Both the position numbers and the translations under genes were made by a program. This document shows, in pieces, positions 25,793 to 40,300 of a DNA stretch of 64,000 nt. A model generated the notes under the pieces. The model saw only the letters and a program-made list of their open reading frames with translations, was not told the DNA's origin and searched no databases. The stretch lies in assembly GCA_951406725.2 (NCBI GenBank), contig OX597821.1, positions 86,862,001-86,926,000 on the forward strand, in the 5' to 3' direction. The stretch's first letter is position 1. The number at the start of each line of letters is the position of its first letter. This stretch comes from Octopus vulgaris (lineage: Eukaryota).

Positions 25793-28700
25793 CACACAAC
25801 ACAACAGGTCTCTCGCTGCAGGGGAGCTACACACCTACTCACATTAGAGAAGGGAGTATATGTGTGGCTTGGAACTGGAAAGAGATAAAAATAGAAGTGA
25901 TGAGGTGTCAGGGTGGGTGGACCTACAAAATACCAGATGAGCAGAAGTGGGGATAGGAGAGCGGGAAGTGTGGGTGGGTATAGGTTGCGCGAGTATATGG
26001 AAGAGTGAGAGATGATTAGAGGTAGGGAAGAGTAGGTGATAAGTGAAGGCTTGAGGAGCAAACAATGATATACAAGCTGGTGGGCAGTAGGGGAGAGGAG
26101 GTGAATGAGAGTGCAAAAAAAAAAAAGGGGGTAGGTAGGGTGAAGAGTAGCAGAATATGCAGTAGACAGGGGAAGAAAGAGAGAGGATGGATGAAAAAGA
26201 GGGAAGGAAATGATGTGATGGGGTAGATTGTACAAGTGTGGAGCAGACATAGTGAATGGGGGAGGATAAATGGTGGTGGTGGAGAATAGAAAAGTTGGTG
26301 GTTTGTGAAGCTGGTCAATGTAGAAAGTGGGGTAGGAGGAGAGGACAGTATTATGAAATGGCAGCGAGCTGGCAGAAACGTTAGCACGCCGAGCGAAATG
26401 CTTAGCAGTATTTCGTCTATGCTACGTTGTGAGTTCAAATTCTGGCGAGGTCGACTTTGCCTTTCATCCTTTCGGGGTCGATAAATTAAGTACCAGTTAC
26501 GCACTGGGGTCGATGTAATCGGCTTAATACCTATGTCTGTCCTTGTTTGTCCCCTCTGTGTTTAGCCCCTTGTGGGTAGTAAAGAAATAGGTATTATGAA
26601 ATGGTTCTGGGTACAAAGACAGGGGGGGGGGGTAAATGGTATCAGAAAAAAGCCGAAGTAGGCAGTTCTCTTCACAGTTAATTACAGCAGCAGAATAGTG
26701 TAAATGATGGATATTGGGGAATGTCTTGAAGATGAAATTAGGTGAGAAGGGGGTACAACTGTCCCCCGACTAGAGAAACAGTCAACTTAGCTGTACCCGA
26801 TGTAAGGGAGATAACTCCACACTGTCCAGGACTATCAATAAAGTTTCATTCCAGGAATTTTTTGTTTACAAAATTAACTGACCATGACGTTTCCTCCCTC
26901 CAATTGTGGAGAGGTTATGTGCCTGCGGCCATTTGAATCTAATAAGCCACCTATGTAGCTAAGCACTTTGTAGGTGCAAAACCAATGGTTACTCGCTGAA
27001 CCACAACAAACTTCTAAATATAAATGTGTGTGTGTATATATATATAGGTGCAGGTGTGGCTGTGTGGTAAGTAGCTTGCTTACCAACCACATGGTTCCGG
27101 GTTCAGTCCCACTGCGTGGCACCATGGGCAAGTGTCTTCTACTATAGCCTCGGGCTGACCAAAGCCTTGTGAGTGGATTTGGTAGATGGAAACTGAAAGA
27201 ACCCGTCGTATATATGTATATATATGTGTGTGTGTCTGTGTTTGTCCCCCTAGTATTGCTTGACAACCGATGCTGGTGTGTTTATGTCCCCGTCACTTAG
27301 CGGTTCGGCGAAAGAGACCGATAGAATAAGTACTGGGCTTACAAAGAATAAGTCCCGGGGTCAAGTTGCTTGACTAAAGGCGGTGCTCCAGCATGGCCAC
27401 AGTCAAATGATTGAAACAAGTAAAAGAATAATATGCACACACTGTGCTTCAAGAATCTCAGTTTCTCTGAAGTGAGTGTGTCTACAGAACCACATATTGC
27501 CTGTCATCCCAGTCTTTTGTTATCCAGTCCGAGAGGTTAAAGATTCTGAGGTCACCACCTTGTCCCATGGTTTCCCAGGTTTTCTTTTTTTTCACAAGGT
27601 CCATCTACATTAAATGAGAAGCACTTCTTCACACAGTTTGTCCTCATCCATATGCATCACATGTCCACACAAGTTCAGTCTTCTTTCTAGCATACTACAT
27701 CTGATCTATCTTTCCGTATGTGTATGTGTGCGTGTGTGTGTGAGGTGAAAAACAAGGCTTCCCAAAGAGCAGGTAAGAGACATTGGTCATCCAAGAACAT
27801 GATTCTTTTTCATACGTACGAGAGGACTTATAAATTTCTCGTTTAGTACCCAGGGGCACATTTAACCTACCAGGGTGGGTTGGATTCTAAGCTGTGGTGG
27901 AGGCAACTAAGCCAAAAGATGGAGAACTCTAACAGAAAAGCCTGAGGTATATTGTTCGAAAATTTACTCTAACTTTCTGTGGTCAGCATTTCCACAGAAA
28001 GTGTGGCGGTTCCTCCACAAGCCTTCACCACTGAAAACAAATTGTCTGTGTATGTCATGTCCGGTAAGTTCACCATCATCAACTCACTGTCTTTTTTTTT
28101 TTTCAATGAAATAGTTTTTATCCATTAATGTTAAGATACTATGGATACATTTTCTCGGTAAACTTACCTCACAGTGAACTTTTTTCATGGTGAACGTACT
28201 TCACAGCGTACTTATCTGTAACCATGTAGATAGACTAACAGCTAGGCTATTGGACCTTCATACATTAAGGCCAATGAGAGAACCCACTACACTTGTGTGT
28301 ATTATCATAATCAGCATCATCTTTATTTTAACATCTACTTTTCTTAACTGCTAACTACTTCTGAACATCAGCCAGACTTGGCACAAATCTGAAGTGGATC
28401 TCATCTCAGCTGATTCTCTTCCTAATCAATTGTGTTAACACAGTTACTTTTATAACTTGGTTCATCAGTTTAGTTAGTTAGTTAATTTTTGGCTCAAAAA
28501 GCAAGGCCATGTAGGGGGACATGGAGTTATGTACAAGGTGGTGTTCATGTAAAGAGTTCAGGCCACTTGAGGTCAAGGGAGACTTTGAACAAAGCGGTCA
28601 TCGGCATCTTCACCATCTCGTCTGGCAGCTTGTTCCACGGATCCGCAACCCGGACGGAGAAAGCCCCTCTCCTTCGATTGAGATGAAATCGTTGCAGATA

Positions 28701-31296
28701 GAGCTTTTCGGAATGACCCTCTCTTAAGGCTTGGCCAACTCTACAAGCCTCGCCAATCGGGATGGCGTGAGTATGCTCGTCGCTCATCGGTGGCGAGGTT
28801 GAGAAGGACACCCTGGTACTACCTTGGCGTGGTGAGAGAGCTTGAGTTTCATTCCTCTAATAAAGAATTTCCTTTATTCTTGTAGCAGCTGATGGTAATA
28901 CTTTTTCACAAGTCACTGTTTGTGACACCTCCCTGTATTACTTAGTTTACTACATGAATGATTAGCCTGAGTTCTTTCTCACCAGATCTCAGTAACTGTG
29001 CCTGATAGACCTGCTGCTCTCTTCATCTTATCATTAATGCCATTCCGAACATATATCTACTTCAATAGCCGATCTCTCTTTTGGGTATGCTTAGGTTAGT
29101 TCCTCTTCCTCATCTACCCATTTCCCCCAATCAGCAACCTCTTGAACAACATTTCCAAGCCTTTTCCTTCTCTGTTAATAAAGTTAAGGGCACTGATACC
29201 ATTTTTAACACATCTTTCCCTACAAGTGTGTTGATTTACTCTGAAATACAGCTTCATAACCTTGAACACTTTACATCTCTGATAATCTCATCACAACTTT
29301 GGCAAAGCTTCTACTTTCTGCTTCTCTCCATGCTGTGTAAACTTGTCGTCTGACCAATTTTTCCTTGCTGCTTCCTTTCTTCCTGTCTTTTATGGCTCTA
29401 TCTATAGTACCATTCCACAACTATGTTACCTGACATCAGGACAACACATTATCCAAGCCACAGACCTGGAATGTAGTTTCTAGCAAGTCATCTCACAGAA
29501 ACCCATATTTGTCCTCTATTTTATAGGTTTCTATCTCCTCCTCTGTTTTGTTATCTAGAATTGCTCTGAACTTGTATTTAGCAGAGAGATGCCTCAGTCT
29601 CCACACCTTCCTTACTCTTTTACTTGTTTCAGTCATTTGATTGCAGCCATGCTGGAGCACTGCCTTTAGTTGAGCAAATCAACCCCGGGACTTATTCTTT
29701 GTAAGCCCAGTACTTATTCTATCGGTCTCTTTTTGCCGAACCGCTAAGTGACGGGGACATAAACACACCAGCATCGGTTGTCAAGCAATGCTAGAGGGAC
29801 AAACACAGACACACAAACACATATATTTATATACACATATATACGACAGGCTTCTTTCAGTTTCCGTCTACCAAATCCACTCACAAGGCATTGGTCAGCC
29901 CGGGGCTATAGCAGAAAACACTTGCCCAAGATGCCACGCAGTGGGACTGAACCCGGAACCATGTGGTTGGTAAGCAAGCTACTTACCACACAGCCACTCC
30001 CACTCCTTGTCCATAATGCTTTTTTGTCTCTCAGTCTGTCATTCATTTGAAGATGCTAATCAATAAACTATGATGGCTGGTACATTCTTCGCTGGGGGAA
30101 AACTTAAGTACTTAGGACGATCAACCTATCCCACATCCTGGTAGAATGAACCCTAACTGGTTTACGAGTTTGCTTGACTGGAAGATGAAGCTTCAATGGC
30201 AGATGATTAATTCTTTTCTGTCACAAACTTCCAGAAGCCTTAACTCTTCATTACTAGAAACACAAAAATAGCCACCATGTCCCTCCAGAGAATCTATCAT
30301 GGTGCTGCACTAACACAGTCTTCTCTCTTGCAAATCACATCCGATTCCTATCATATGCCACAGTGTGACATCCGTGCACTAACATTACACATCCAGTGAA
30401 GCATGCTCACCTCATTTCTTTCTCACCTTCACAAACTCTGCAGTCAAGGTCCATATCTTTATTTATAAAAGTCAAGTTGTGTGTCTGTCTCCTACGATTT
30501 AGATTCCTAACTACTCCCACATTTTGCTGTGCAGTTTAACCAAAACCGGGTATCTTATAGTCGTGATTCATATCGAGCCCTTCTGGGTATTAGCGCGCGT
30601 CTACGATGAGTCTACGATTTTAAAAATAATTTACCATCATTTTTTTCTATTTTAATGCATTTTTTTGCTATTACATAAGGGAAGTAACTCTCTAAAAATG
30701 TCTACGATGAGTCGACGATTTAAAAAAAAAATTTACCATCATTTTTTTCCCATTTTTTTTGCTATTTTTTGGCTATAAATCTCTAAGAATGCTTATATAG
30801 TTATTTCCCTTACAAACCCGAGCAACGCCGGGCGATACTGCTAGTATGCTATATAAAGTATGTCCAACCTACTCCATCATGAAAAGCAGGTGATAATGTT
30901 GCATACAGGTATGTTAATATAAATCTATCAAACTATGGAGGGGGAGGAGGCACATATATATTCATGTGTGTGTGTGTGAGCAGGTGTCTGTTTTCCTACA
31001 TATATAAGTGCATATATTTATAAATGTGCTCATATTAGCATTTATGTTTTGTACATATGAATTTATACTTGTAATGCACACTTGTAAAAGTTATGCAGAT
31101 TTTATATTCACGAGTATGATGCAATAAATAAGATAGTCTTATCCTTTTTGTAATTCTAAATATGAACTTAAAATAAAGCAGCAAAGAGAACAATAAAATT
31201 AATATACATAAATAAAATAAAAACCTTATGTATTGAATTGCTTCTATTTAAAACATTGGCATCTTTATTAAATACACACACATATATAGCTCTCGA

Positions 31297-31348
<52 letters not shown>

Positions 31349-34300
31349 ATTCATTTGTGAAAAAATTATATGGTTAATGGACAATATATCCAATTTTTCG
31401 GCATATTTGGCATTAGAAAATTTTTTCGTTTGCCCTTTATTTATGAATTGTTTATAAATTTAACCTTTAAAGGTATTTTTTAATATGCTGGCCATTGATA
31501 AAATTTTTTTCAAAAAGAATTTTATCCTACATTAGATATATATATATATATATATATATGAATGATTCTCCAAGAGTTTCAATAATGTGGATTCAGTTGT
31601 TCAATCAGTCAACTGAAATGCCTGCTCATTGAATTCACGTGTAAATGGCTTGTAGCATTTCACAAACAAGCGAATCCTTAGTGTAATTCTAAGACAGAAC
31701 CAGCATGACACAGTGAAAAAAGCTGTATCTTTGAATTACAGAAATAATCCATATGATATGCGTCTACTCACTCAGGCTGAATGAGGCAATAAAAAAATTA
31801 CATTTTCTCAACTACCACATGATGGATTTGAACTTATGACCTTGTGGTTGCAAAGCACATTTCACATTCATTTGGCCACACTGTGCCCACATGCACACAC
31901 ACACACATTCAATTATTTTTTAAGCAAATAGTTAAGTATGGGTGATTCATGCCCACACTTCTAGTTTCTTTCATATTTTTAATGTAGAGACACGGAATCT
32001 CTCTAATACATTTGCAATTTCAGTTGTCCTACTTTGTAGCCAATGTACCTGTGAGTTTGTTTTTTTTTATCTAAGTTTTTATAACAAAATTATTTAATAA
32101 TTTGTAAGATACTGAAGAACTAAACTTTTACTAAATAAAATAAAGACGAATGAAAATAAAATTTTCCTATCTTCAAGAAAGGAAAACAAAAACAAATAAC
32201 AACAAAAGACATACTCTACCACCACCTCTAATTAAGTAACAAATGCAAAACATTTACTCAGCGTTATACAAGAATAAGGAATTTTTATAATATTTTTAAG
32301 CAACAAGTGAATTAAAATGTTTAACCCTTTCCAAGTATATACTGCTAGATATTGTTATTGATTTTCAAAATTAACATCAGAGTGATTTAGTAAAATAGCA
32401 GTATAGTTTTTTTCATTGAATATATTAAACTGTTATTGGTAGTACAACTTGACAAAAGGTTCCTACATAAAAGCACATTTGGAACTTTTCCTACAAATTC
32501 TTCATTCAGTTATTAATGAGATTTTAGTGGAAATTTAATTTAGAAATGAAAGCTTTCAATATTCAGGCATGTCAGTAACAATGGAGCCAGGGGCAGTCTC
32601 AGGGTTTTGTACGGAGCAAGTTAAATAATATACAGTAAGTAATTGCAAATGATTTAGTAAATTAAGTTCTTCAAATAGATATATGAAATATTCAGTTTTT
32701 CTCTTAGATTAATTATACTTTTCTAATATTGTACTACCGTATGTTTTGATCTAGAAACATTGGTCTTTCACACTTCAATTTTTTCCTTAGTGTAATATGG
32801 TTAGAAAAGAGACTGGAGCCTAAACAATTTCATCAGGTTAAAAAGAGAGTGAGAAGAACAATGAGTGTAAAAATTATAGTGCTATGGTGTTGATGATATT
32901 GGCAGATGTTTATTACATCCATTATACTAGAGATTCTGTGTTGCAGTCTCTGAGCAAGGCTCATAATTATGCTTCTTCAAGCCTGCCTGTCTCAACAAAA
33001 ACATGGTTGACTCACTACTTAGTGGTAGAAAGAGCATCCTAATGAAACATTTGTGTCAGCACAAATAGAATAGCTTGCTCTTGATAGCACCAAAAATATA
33101 TGGACAACAGTAAATGTGTATGTATATATATATATAGATATATTATACACACACACACACATTATTATTATTATTCTGCCCCGCATTGCAAGGAGCAAAA
33201 CCATAGCAATCAAATACTATAGAACGAAAAGGGAGAAGGAAGGATGAGAAGCAGCTGTTCATTTACATGAATAATTATTATTATTATTAATATTGATGAT
33301 AGCATTTGGGTTTTCTTGTGTCACAACCCTGGCTACAACATTTTTTCATCCCAAATCTCCAAGCTTCCCTTTACATTTAAGCCTTATAAGATAAAATTAA
33401 GAATTTTTTTCCTGCTTGAATTTGAAGACTGCATGGAAGAGGTGTTGATTTTCTCAGCCTATCATACATTACAAATACACTTGGGAAAGGCATGAAAATC
33501 ACACAATGTTTATTTTCCCCTTCCTCAAATATTGCCCATTTAAGAAATCAGTATTATTATATTATCATCATCACTGAATAATAATATTAATAGTAACAGC
33601 CAATATTATTATTATTATTTTTAGATATATCTCTTCATAAAATAAAAGTAAAATAAAAGAACAACAAAACTATAAAAGTCACACACAATAAACATATCAA
33701 TAAGTAATATTAATTAACCACTCAACAAATCAATCAAAATTAAATAAAGTGTAACATTATTGAAGAGTTGAACTTACTTTATCTTTTCTTTAGTTGACCG
33801 TTCTTTAGAATTAGCAGTGTTGGCGTGAGTGTGCATCATGTATATTGCTAAGATCAACATGAACATGTTAATCTGGAAGACAACAGAGAATGTGATTAAC
33901 AGCTGAGATTAAAGTAAGAGCAACAGAGATGGGGTTGGGGGAAACCGTTTCACAACAGCGCCTGTATTAAAAGAAAATGAAATTTGGAGAGAGTATAGAT
34001 CATAAATTATAATTTTTTTTTCTTTACTGTCCTACTGATTCCAGCAAGCAGGCTTTGGCTATGCTGGAGCACCACCAACCAGATAATAATTTGTAGTTAT
34101 CATAAAAACTATCATGACCATTCCATAAAGCCAGTGCAAGCATCTAGATTGTGTAAACATCCAAAGAGTGAAAGATTAATTCTTCCCACTCCTGTGTCCA
34201 GTTATTACACATTAACACTGAAAGAAGATTTAGAATGTATTTCCCAGAGGCAGATGAAATAAGACCAATGGAATTATATATCCTTTTCAGTTCCATTGAA

Positions 34301-37300
34301 TGAATTGAATTGCAAAATTCAAATTTAGGTGTGAATTATTATTCATAAACAAGGAAAAAAATATATATATATACATCTTCATTACTTACAAGAATTATAA
34401 TGCCAACCGGTACCACAAAGCTAAGTATAAAGTAATTATCAATCTTCAACCAGCAACTGCAATTGAAAAGAAAGTAAATTAAAAATAAAATTATAAGTGC
34501 CTTCTTTACAAGGAAAAAGTTTAGATTTGAAAAATGAAAATTAACAAAACAATATTTGATTTAAACAGACCCAATATTTGTTGAAACCCATCTTTGCATA
34601 TTTTTTAATTCATATGAGTGAAAAAAAGAAAAATTTCTTCACAAAAAGCCTTACACTAGTTAATTATATCTTTTAGTACCTTGAAGTTATACCTTCATCC
34701 TTCTGAGACTGGTAGAATAAGAAGTAAACAAGTATTAAATTGTACCTCTACCACCACAAACATTTTTGGTTTTGTATTAATGTTATAAATTGTCAATAAT
34801 CTTTTGCAAAGAAAATGTTTTAGTTTATTTTAATCATTTATTTTTGGCTGCTTTAAGATTTTTTTTTTTATCGTGTGGTATTCCCTATTAGACAGTTAAT
34901 ACAAGGGCAATAATCATTTCATCATAATGTAACAGTAAAAAATGTCCAAATCTTGTAGTTACAAAGGTTATAAAAAAAGGAAACTAACTGCCTATCTGTG
35001 CCATATCCTCTGTAATCTACACCAAGTGCGATTCCAACAATCAGAGCAGGGATTCCTGAAGAACAAATGGAAAAAGGGTAAGATGCTTGTGTGTAAATAG
35101 AAAAGGGTTGGGATGCTTAAACAGCTGGAGATTATCCCCAACAAAACAAAAAAAACACCAGATATAAAATAAAATAAAATAGATGAGAAACATTAAAAGG
35201 TACAGCTGAAACAAATTTACAGAAGTAAATAAAATTTAAGAAATTCAAACAGAAAAATTTGAGATTGATGACAGAAAGAAAAAGGTTTCATAATATGTGT
35301 TTTTCTCATCTTGGATGCATTGCTGACTTTTAATCTGGTATAATTTAATCTCCACTTGTCTGAGATAGGTTAAAGATTGAACCTGAAACCTTTATCCTAG
35401 TACATTGGGATGATGATCCAACCACTAGCCTGTCATTTCAAGAGACAACAGCTTCAAAATATTTATCACCATCATTATTTTAGCAACCATTTTTTAATGC
35501 TTGCATGGGTCAAACATTATTTGTTGAGGTGGGTTTTCTACAGTTTGATGACTTCCCTGCCACCAATCCTGACTTATTGCCAAACAAGGTAATATTTTTT
35601 CATGGCTGGATATGTTTCCATAGAAGTTTGGAAACAAGAGACACAACTTTTCTGACAATTATCAAACAACACTGACACAAATAAGCACATATATGACAGG
35701 CTTCTTTCAGTTTCTGCCTACCAAATCCACTCACAAAGCGTTGGTTGGCCCAAAGTTTTAGCAGAGGACACTTTGCCCAGGGTGCCACACAGTGATAATG
35801 AACCTGAAACCATGAGGCTGGGAACAACATATCTAAGATGAAGAAATAGTCTGAAAAACAGGCACTATTATGAAATTCATCTCAGAAAAACATATTCCAA
35901 CATTTATTGGTATCAACAATAATACAAATGTAAAATACATACAAATTTTTAAGTCTAATGCCTAAGTACCTTAACATTTTATCAGTTGTTGTTCTTTGAG
36001 ACAAAGGCTCAGTATTTAGACTTAGACTTAATATGATAAAAGGTTTCTGGGTTCAAGCCTTGGCCTAGTTTAAAAATATTGAAGATGATTGACTGTTAAT
36101 GTATTTTATTTCTGTTTGACATTTTCATGAGAATTTTATCCTAAACAAACTACGATAAACTTTACTGTGTAATTACTCACCCTACTGCAGACCAATGTCC
36201 TTCACAGTTTGTTGTGGTTTAACTTGTCAAAGGCATGTCAAATACACATATTTACAATGATGCAAAGAACTTTTATATAATAGCACTAATACATGTCTGA
36301 AAAGCTACTGCTGTTTCTGCAAATGCTTGTGTAAGAACAAATGGTAAAGCACTGAGAAGCAAAATGATTTCACTCAGAATTATTATTATTGCTGTGGTTG
36401 TTATCTTGGCAACCAAAGTTTCAATTCTTGATTGAAAACATTTCACTTCATTCTCCAATTAGTGCAGTGATGAAACTGGAAAATAATACATTTTCCAGTT
36501 TCATTTAAAATATCTCAAGCTTCTTAGTTTGTCCATGATAATGATAATAATAATAATGAAATTATTGTATACAGTGCTAAGGGGCACCACAACTTGTCAA
36601 AAGTGCGTATAAAGCATGTGCCTTAATGTACAAATGTCTGGGAAGTGAACAGTGTATGAGTCAGATACATGCTTGCGTGTGTATGGAGGGGAGAAAAATC
36701 AGGTGTAGTGTTGGCGAATCTCAGGAAGCACGGAAGTTTTGAAGGATGCAGTGCTCCAACAACTAACAACTGATGCTGGCAGTTTGTTCCAAGCTTCAGC
36801 AACTCTTGGTGTGAAAAAATGTTTCTGAAAGTCATGGGAGCTGTGCTGTTTTCTGACTTTGTAAACATGTCCATGGGTGTTAGATAGATGGAGTTTTAAG
36901 CAAATATAGTTCTTACAGATGAAAAAATTTATTGGCTACAGAAGAAAGACTGAGTTTTGTAATATTCATGCTCTTCTTAAGGCTGGAGAGATATTAAATA
37001 AAATGAAAGAATTACTAATGTAACATGACTGAAAACAGGTTGTGATATTTATAATAAATATTATATAAACAAGGCTTTTACTGCTTTATCCTAAGACATT
37101 CTCTACATCTTTCATTACCAATGGCTTTTTACACATTTGCCATTTTTGTTCTTACAGCTTTGTTCATTTTGTCCTAAAGTAGATTAAAAGGGACAAGTAA
37201 CCTACCATAACCAAAAAGGTAAAAAGCAGTTCGACGAGATTCTGCCTCAAAGACTTCAATAAGCATTATATAGAGCAGGATGCCTTCAAGACACATCCAA

Positions 37301-40300
37301 CAAAATGCTGCTAAAAAGAGAAAATGAAGAACACCAGCAATCACAGCGCAGAAAATCTGGAAGTAAACAAAAGAAAAAGAAGACAAATATTAAGAGATTA
37401 AGAATAATATACATGTATTAAGAGAATATATTATATACAGGATTATCTTCAATAATTTCTAGATTTTAGTGTAAATCTCATAACTGAATTTTTATGAAGT
37501 GCAATGATATTTTTATGGTTATTCTTGCATCCAGCTCACCTTAGAAATGAATAATTAACTATGATTTAAGATTAATTAAATATTAATAATAATTTAAGAT
37601 TAATAAGCTAAGATAGGTTCACTAAACAGAAGCTTAAGTAATGATTGATTTCAATCAATCACTTATTTTCAAAGGTTTTAAAACAGGTCATACATAATCA
37701 CTTGACAAATGATAACTCAAAGAAGTTGTAAAGTTTCCATCTAAAGCCAACATAATCCTAATAGACCAAATCTCGTTTTAGAAAGGGATTGCCACTAGTA
37801 AAAGATCAGCAACGAACATTAAATAGTTGAGGATGAGAAATTATTGAAAACACAACCATATGCACAATATTTTAAGATGTGTAGACACCGGTAATGCAAG
37901 TAATATTCTTACATCAATGAAGTAAAAATTTTTGTGGCCTCATAATATTATTATAAATATTGCTTTAGGGTGGCAAGCTGACAGAATCCTTAGCATGCTG
38001 GGTAAAATGCTTAGTAACATTTTCGCTCACTTTATGTTCAGTTTAAATTCTGATGAAGTTGACTTTGTTTTTCATCTTTTCAGGGTCAATAAAATATATG
38101 CCAGTTGAGCACTGGGACTTGACGTAATTGGCTTACCCACTGCCCTGAACTTGCAGGCCTTGTGCCAAAATTTGAAACCATTATTACTTTGTAGCTCACT
38201 CAGTTATCATCTCAGGTTATCTGACAGTCTTAAAGTATCACTGGTTTAATGATATTTTGGGCAGAAATATTTTGACAACTACCACACACACACACACACA
38301 CACACAGATATATGGAATATGATAGCAATTTATAATGCCTAATTTTTCCCTCTCTCCTAATCACTGTATCAAGTTGATTTTTTTTTTTAAGTAGATATTA
38401 AACCAAAATTGAGTAAATTAAGCATTTTATTAAAATAGATGTATAAATGGTAGGAGAGAGTGAAGTGACATGGACGACGAATTGAAACTGAATGTCACAA
38501 GTGCAAAGGTAAACATTTATAGACTAGACACAGTGAATGAAGTGCAAACATGCAACAGGGGGGTTTGATTTCTGCTAATACAACAAAGGGATTTCGGGGG
38601 GCCGAGTATATTAGAAGATAATAAAACAACTCTTTGCAGCAAAGATCTCAGATAGGCAGACATAGAAAAGATCTTAGTTTATTATACTGTTTGGGAACAA
38701 CAATAAAGTAAATAGCTTTCTATATAAAAGAACTAAGAATAGCATTTGAAAAAAAATGGCCTTACATTCTAATTACATATTAGGTTTGGTTGGTTCTAAA
38801 ATTTGTACCAACTCATCTTTATTTACATGAAAAAGATATCACTACACTGGCCATGTATTGGGTTGTCCGGAAAGTTTGTGCCAATTTTTAAAGGAAAGAA
38901 AAAGGTCAGTAAATAGTTGCCATTACATTTTCAATCAACCAAATATGAACCATTTTGTTGCACAATGCATCTCCATCTTTCCTTTAACTTGAAAATACCC
39001 TCTTTCCAGAATTGAGGTGGTTTCATGGCAAAGAATTCATCAAGGTATCTTTTTACGTCATCCAAGGAATTGAAATTTTTACCATTAAGACTATTCTGCA
39101 GAGATCTGAGTAAGTGGAAATCCGAAGGAGCAATATCTGGTGAATATGGAGGGTGGGGTAACACATCCCAGCCGAGCTGCAGCAATCTTTGTCAGGTTCC
39201 CAAAGCATCAGGTGCCGGAAATGAACTTTCTTATCTTCCATTTTAAAGGGTTACAGAATTAACACAAGTTATAGGAACATAAACCTTCTTCCGTGAAAAG
39301 ATAGCTTAAACTGTGCTCTAAATGGAGGTGTAGTAAAATCCTTTTTTATGGACTCAATCTAAAATAAGTTGAAAGGTAAGCTACTATAAATTGGCATGAA
39401 CTTTCCGGACAATCCAATATTATTAGAATATGCTAATAACATTAACAGACCAGTGTGACTGATAAGTTGCTCTAGAAATATAAAACAGTGATTTCAAATT
39501 TTGTATGTATTTTTATAGTAGTTTGCTTTGTTGATAGCTTTGTAAATAATTATGGAATCAAGGAATGTCTTTATAAAATTTAAATCAGACACTAGTTAAA
39601 ATTTGAATTAAATCCAAGCAATACACAAAAATATCTTGTTTGAATGCACCTATGTCATGTCCTAAACAAAAGGAAATTGAGACCTATGTTACTGGTAAAG
39701 TTCTTCATAGCTAAGACAGACAAAATTATATTTAAATGTTAATTTTCCAAAAGGAAACGGGATTTATAGGTTATTATCATTAATAGCAATAAGGATTAAA
39801 CAATGTCCAATATACATATCATTCTAATAATGATCTTAAAATGTCCACTTTAGTTACAGAGAATAGATATTAATCAAAAATACCTCAATGATGATGATGA
39901 GGTAATATTATATGTTGTAATCAAACTCAGGTTCTCTTGGGGTTCCCATTTGTGGTGAATATGTACTTTGTAATTTTATGATGAAGCTTTTACAACTGAG
40001 ATTTCCAACAAAGATAAAGAAAGAAAAACTAAGATACTGAACTGTTTCCACAAGAAGAATCATGTGAAGAATCCTACCAGACCTCTTTTTTACACAAAAT
40101 ATAATAGTTATCAGTAAATCTAGACATTTAAATAAAAGCTATTTAGAATTGGCCTCAAAACTGAATTTTTTTTGGTAATTGTATTTTTTGTATTTACATG
40201 AAGGTGGGTTGAAAGCAGTAAGTACATTTCTGTCTTCTTGTAATATTTCTTCCCATCTTTTAATATCATTTTAATACGTGTGTGTGTGAATGTGGATGAT

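Noticed and set aside
25753-26504. 165-aa and 162-aa minus-strand ORFs
   Set aside because: Result of the purine/pyrimidine-skewed low-complexity tract plus a SINE; no domain similarity recognised
2135-30050. Recurrent ORFs such as [30 protein letters not shown]
   Set aside because: Antisense translations of SINE family A copies
33016-33038. Possible micro-exon in the ICL3 intron (ttcattag|...|gtgagt on the minus strand)
   Set aside because: 23 nt, would shift the frame, weak pyrimidine tract; at most a poison exon, with no support
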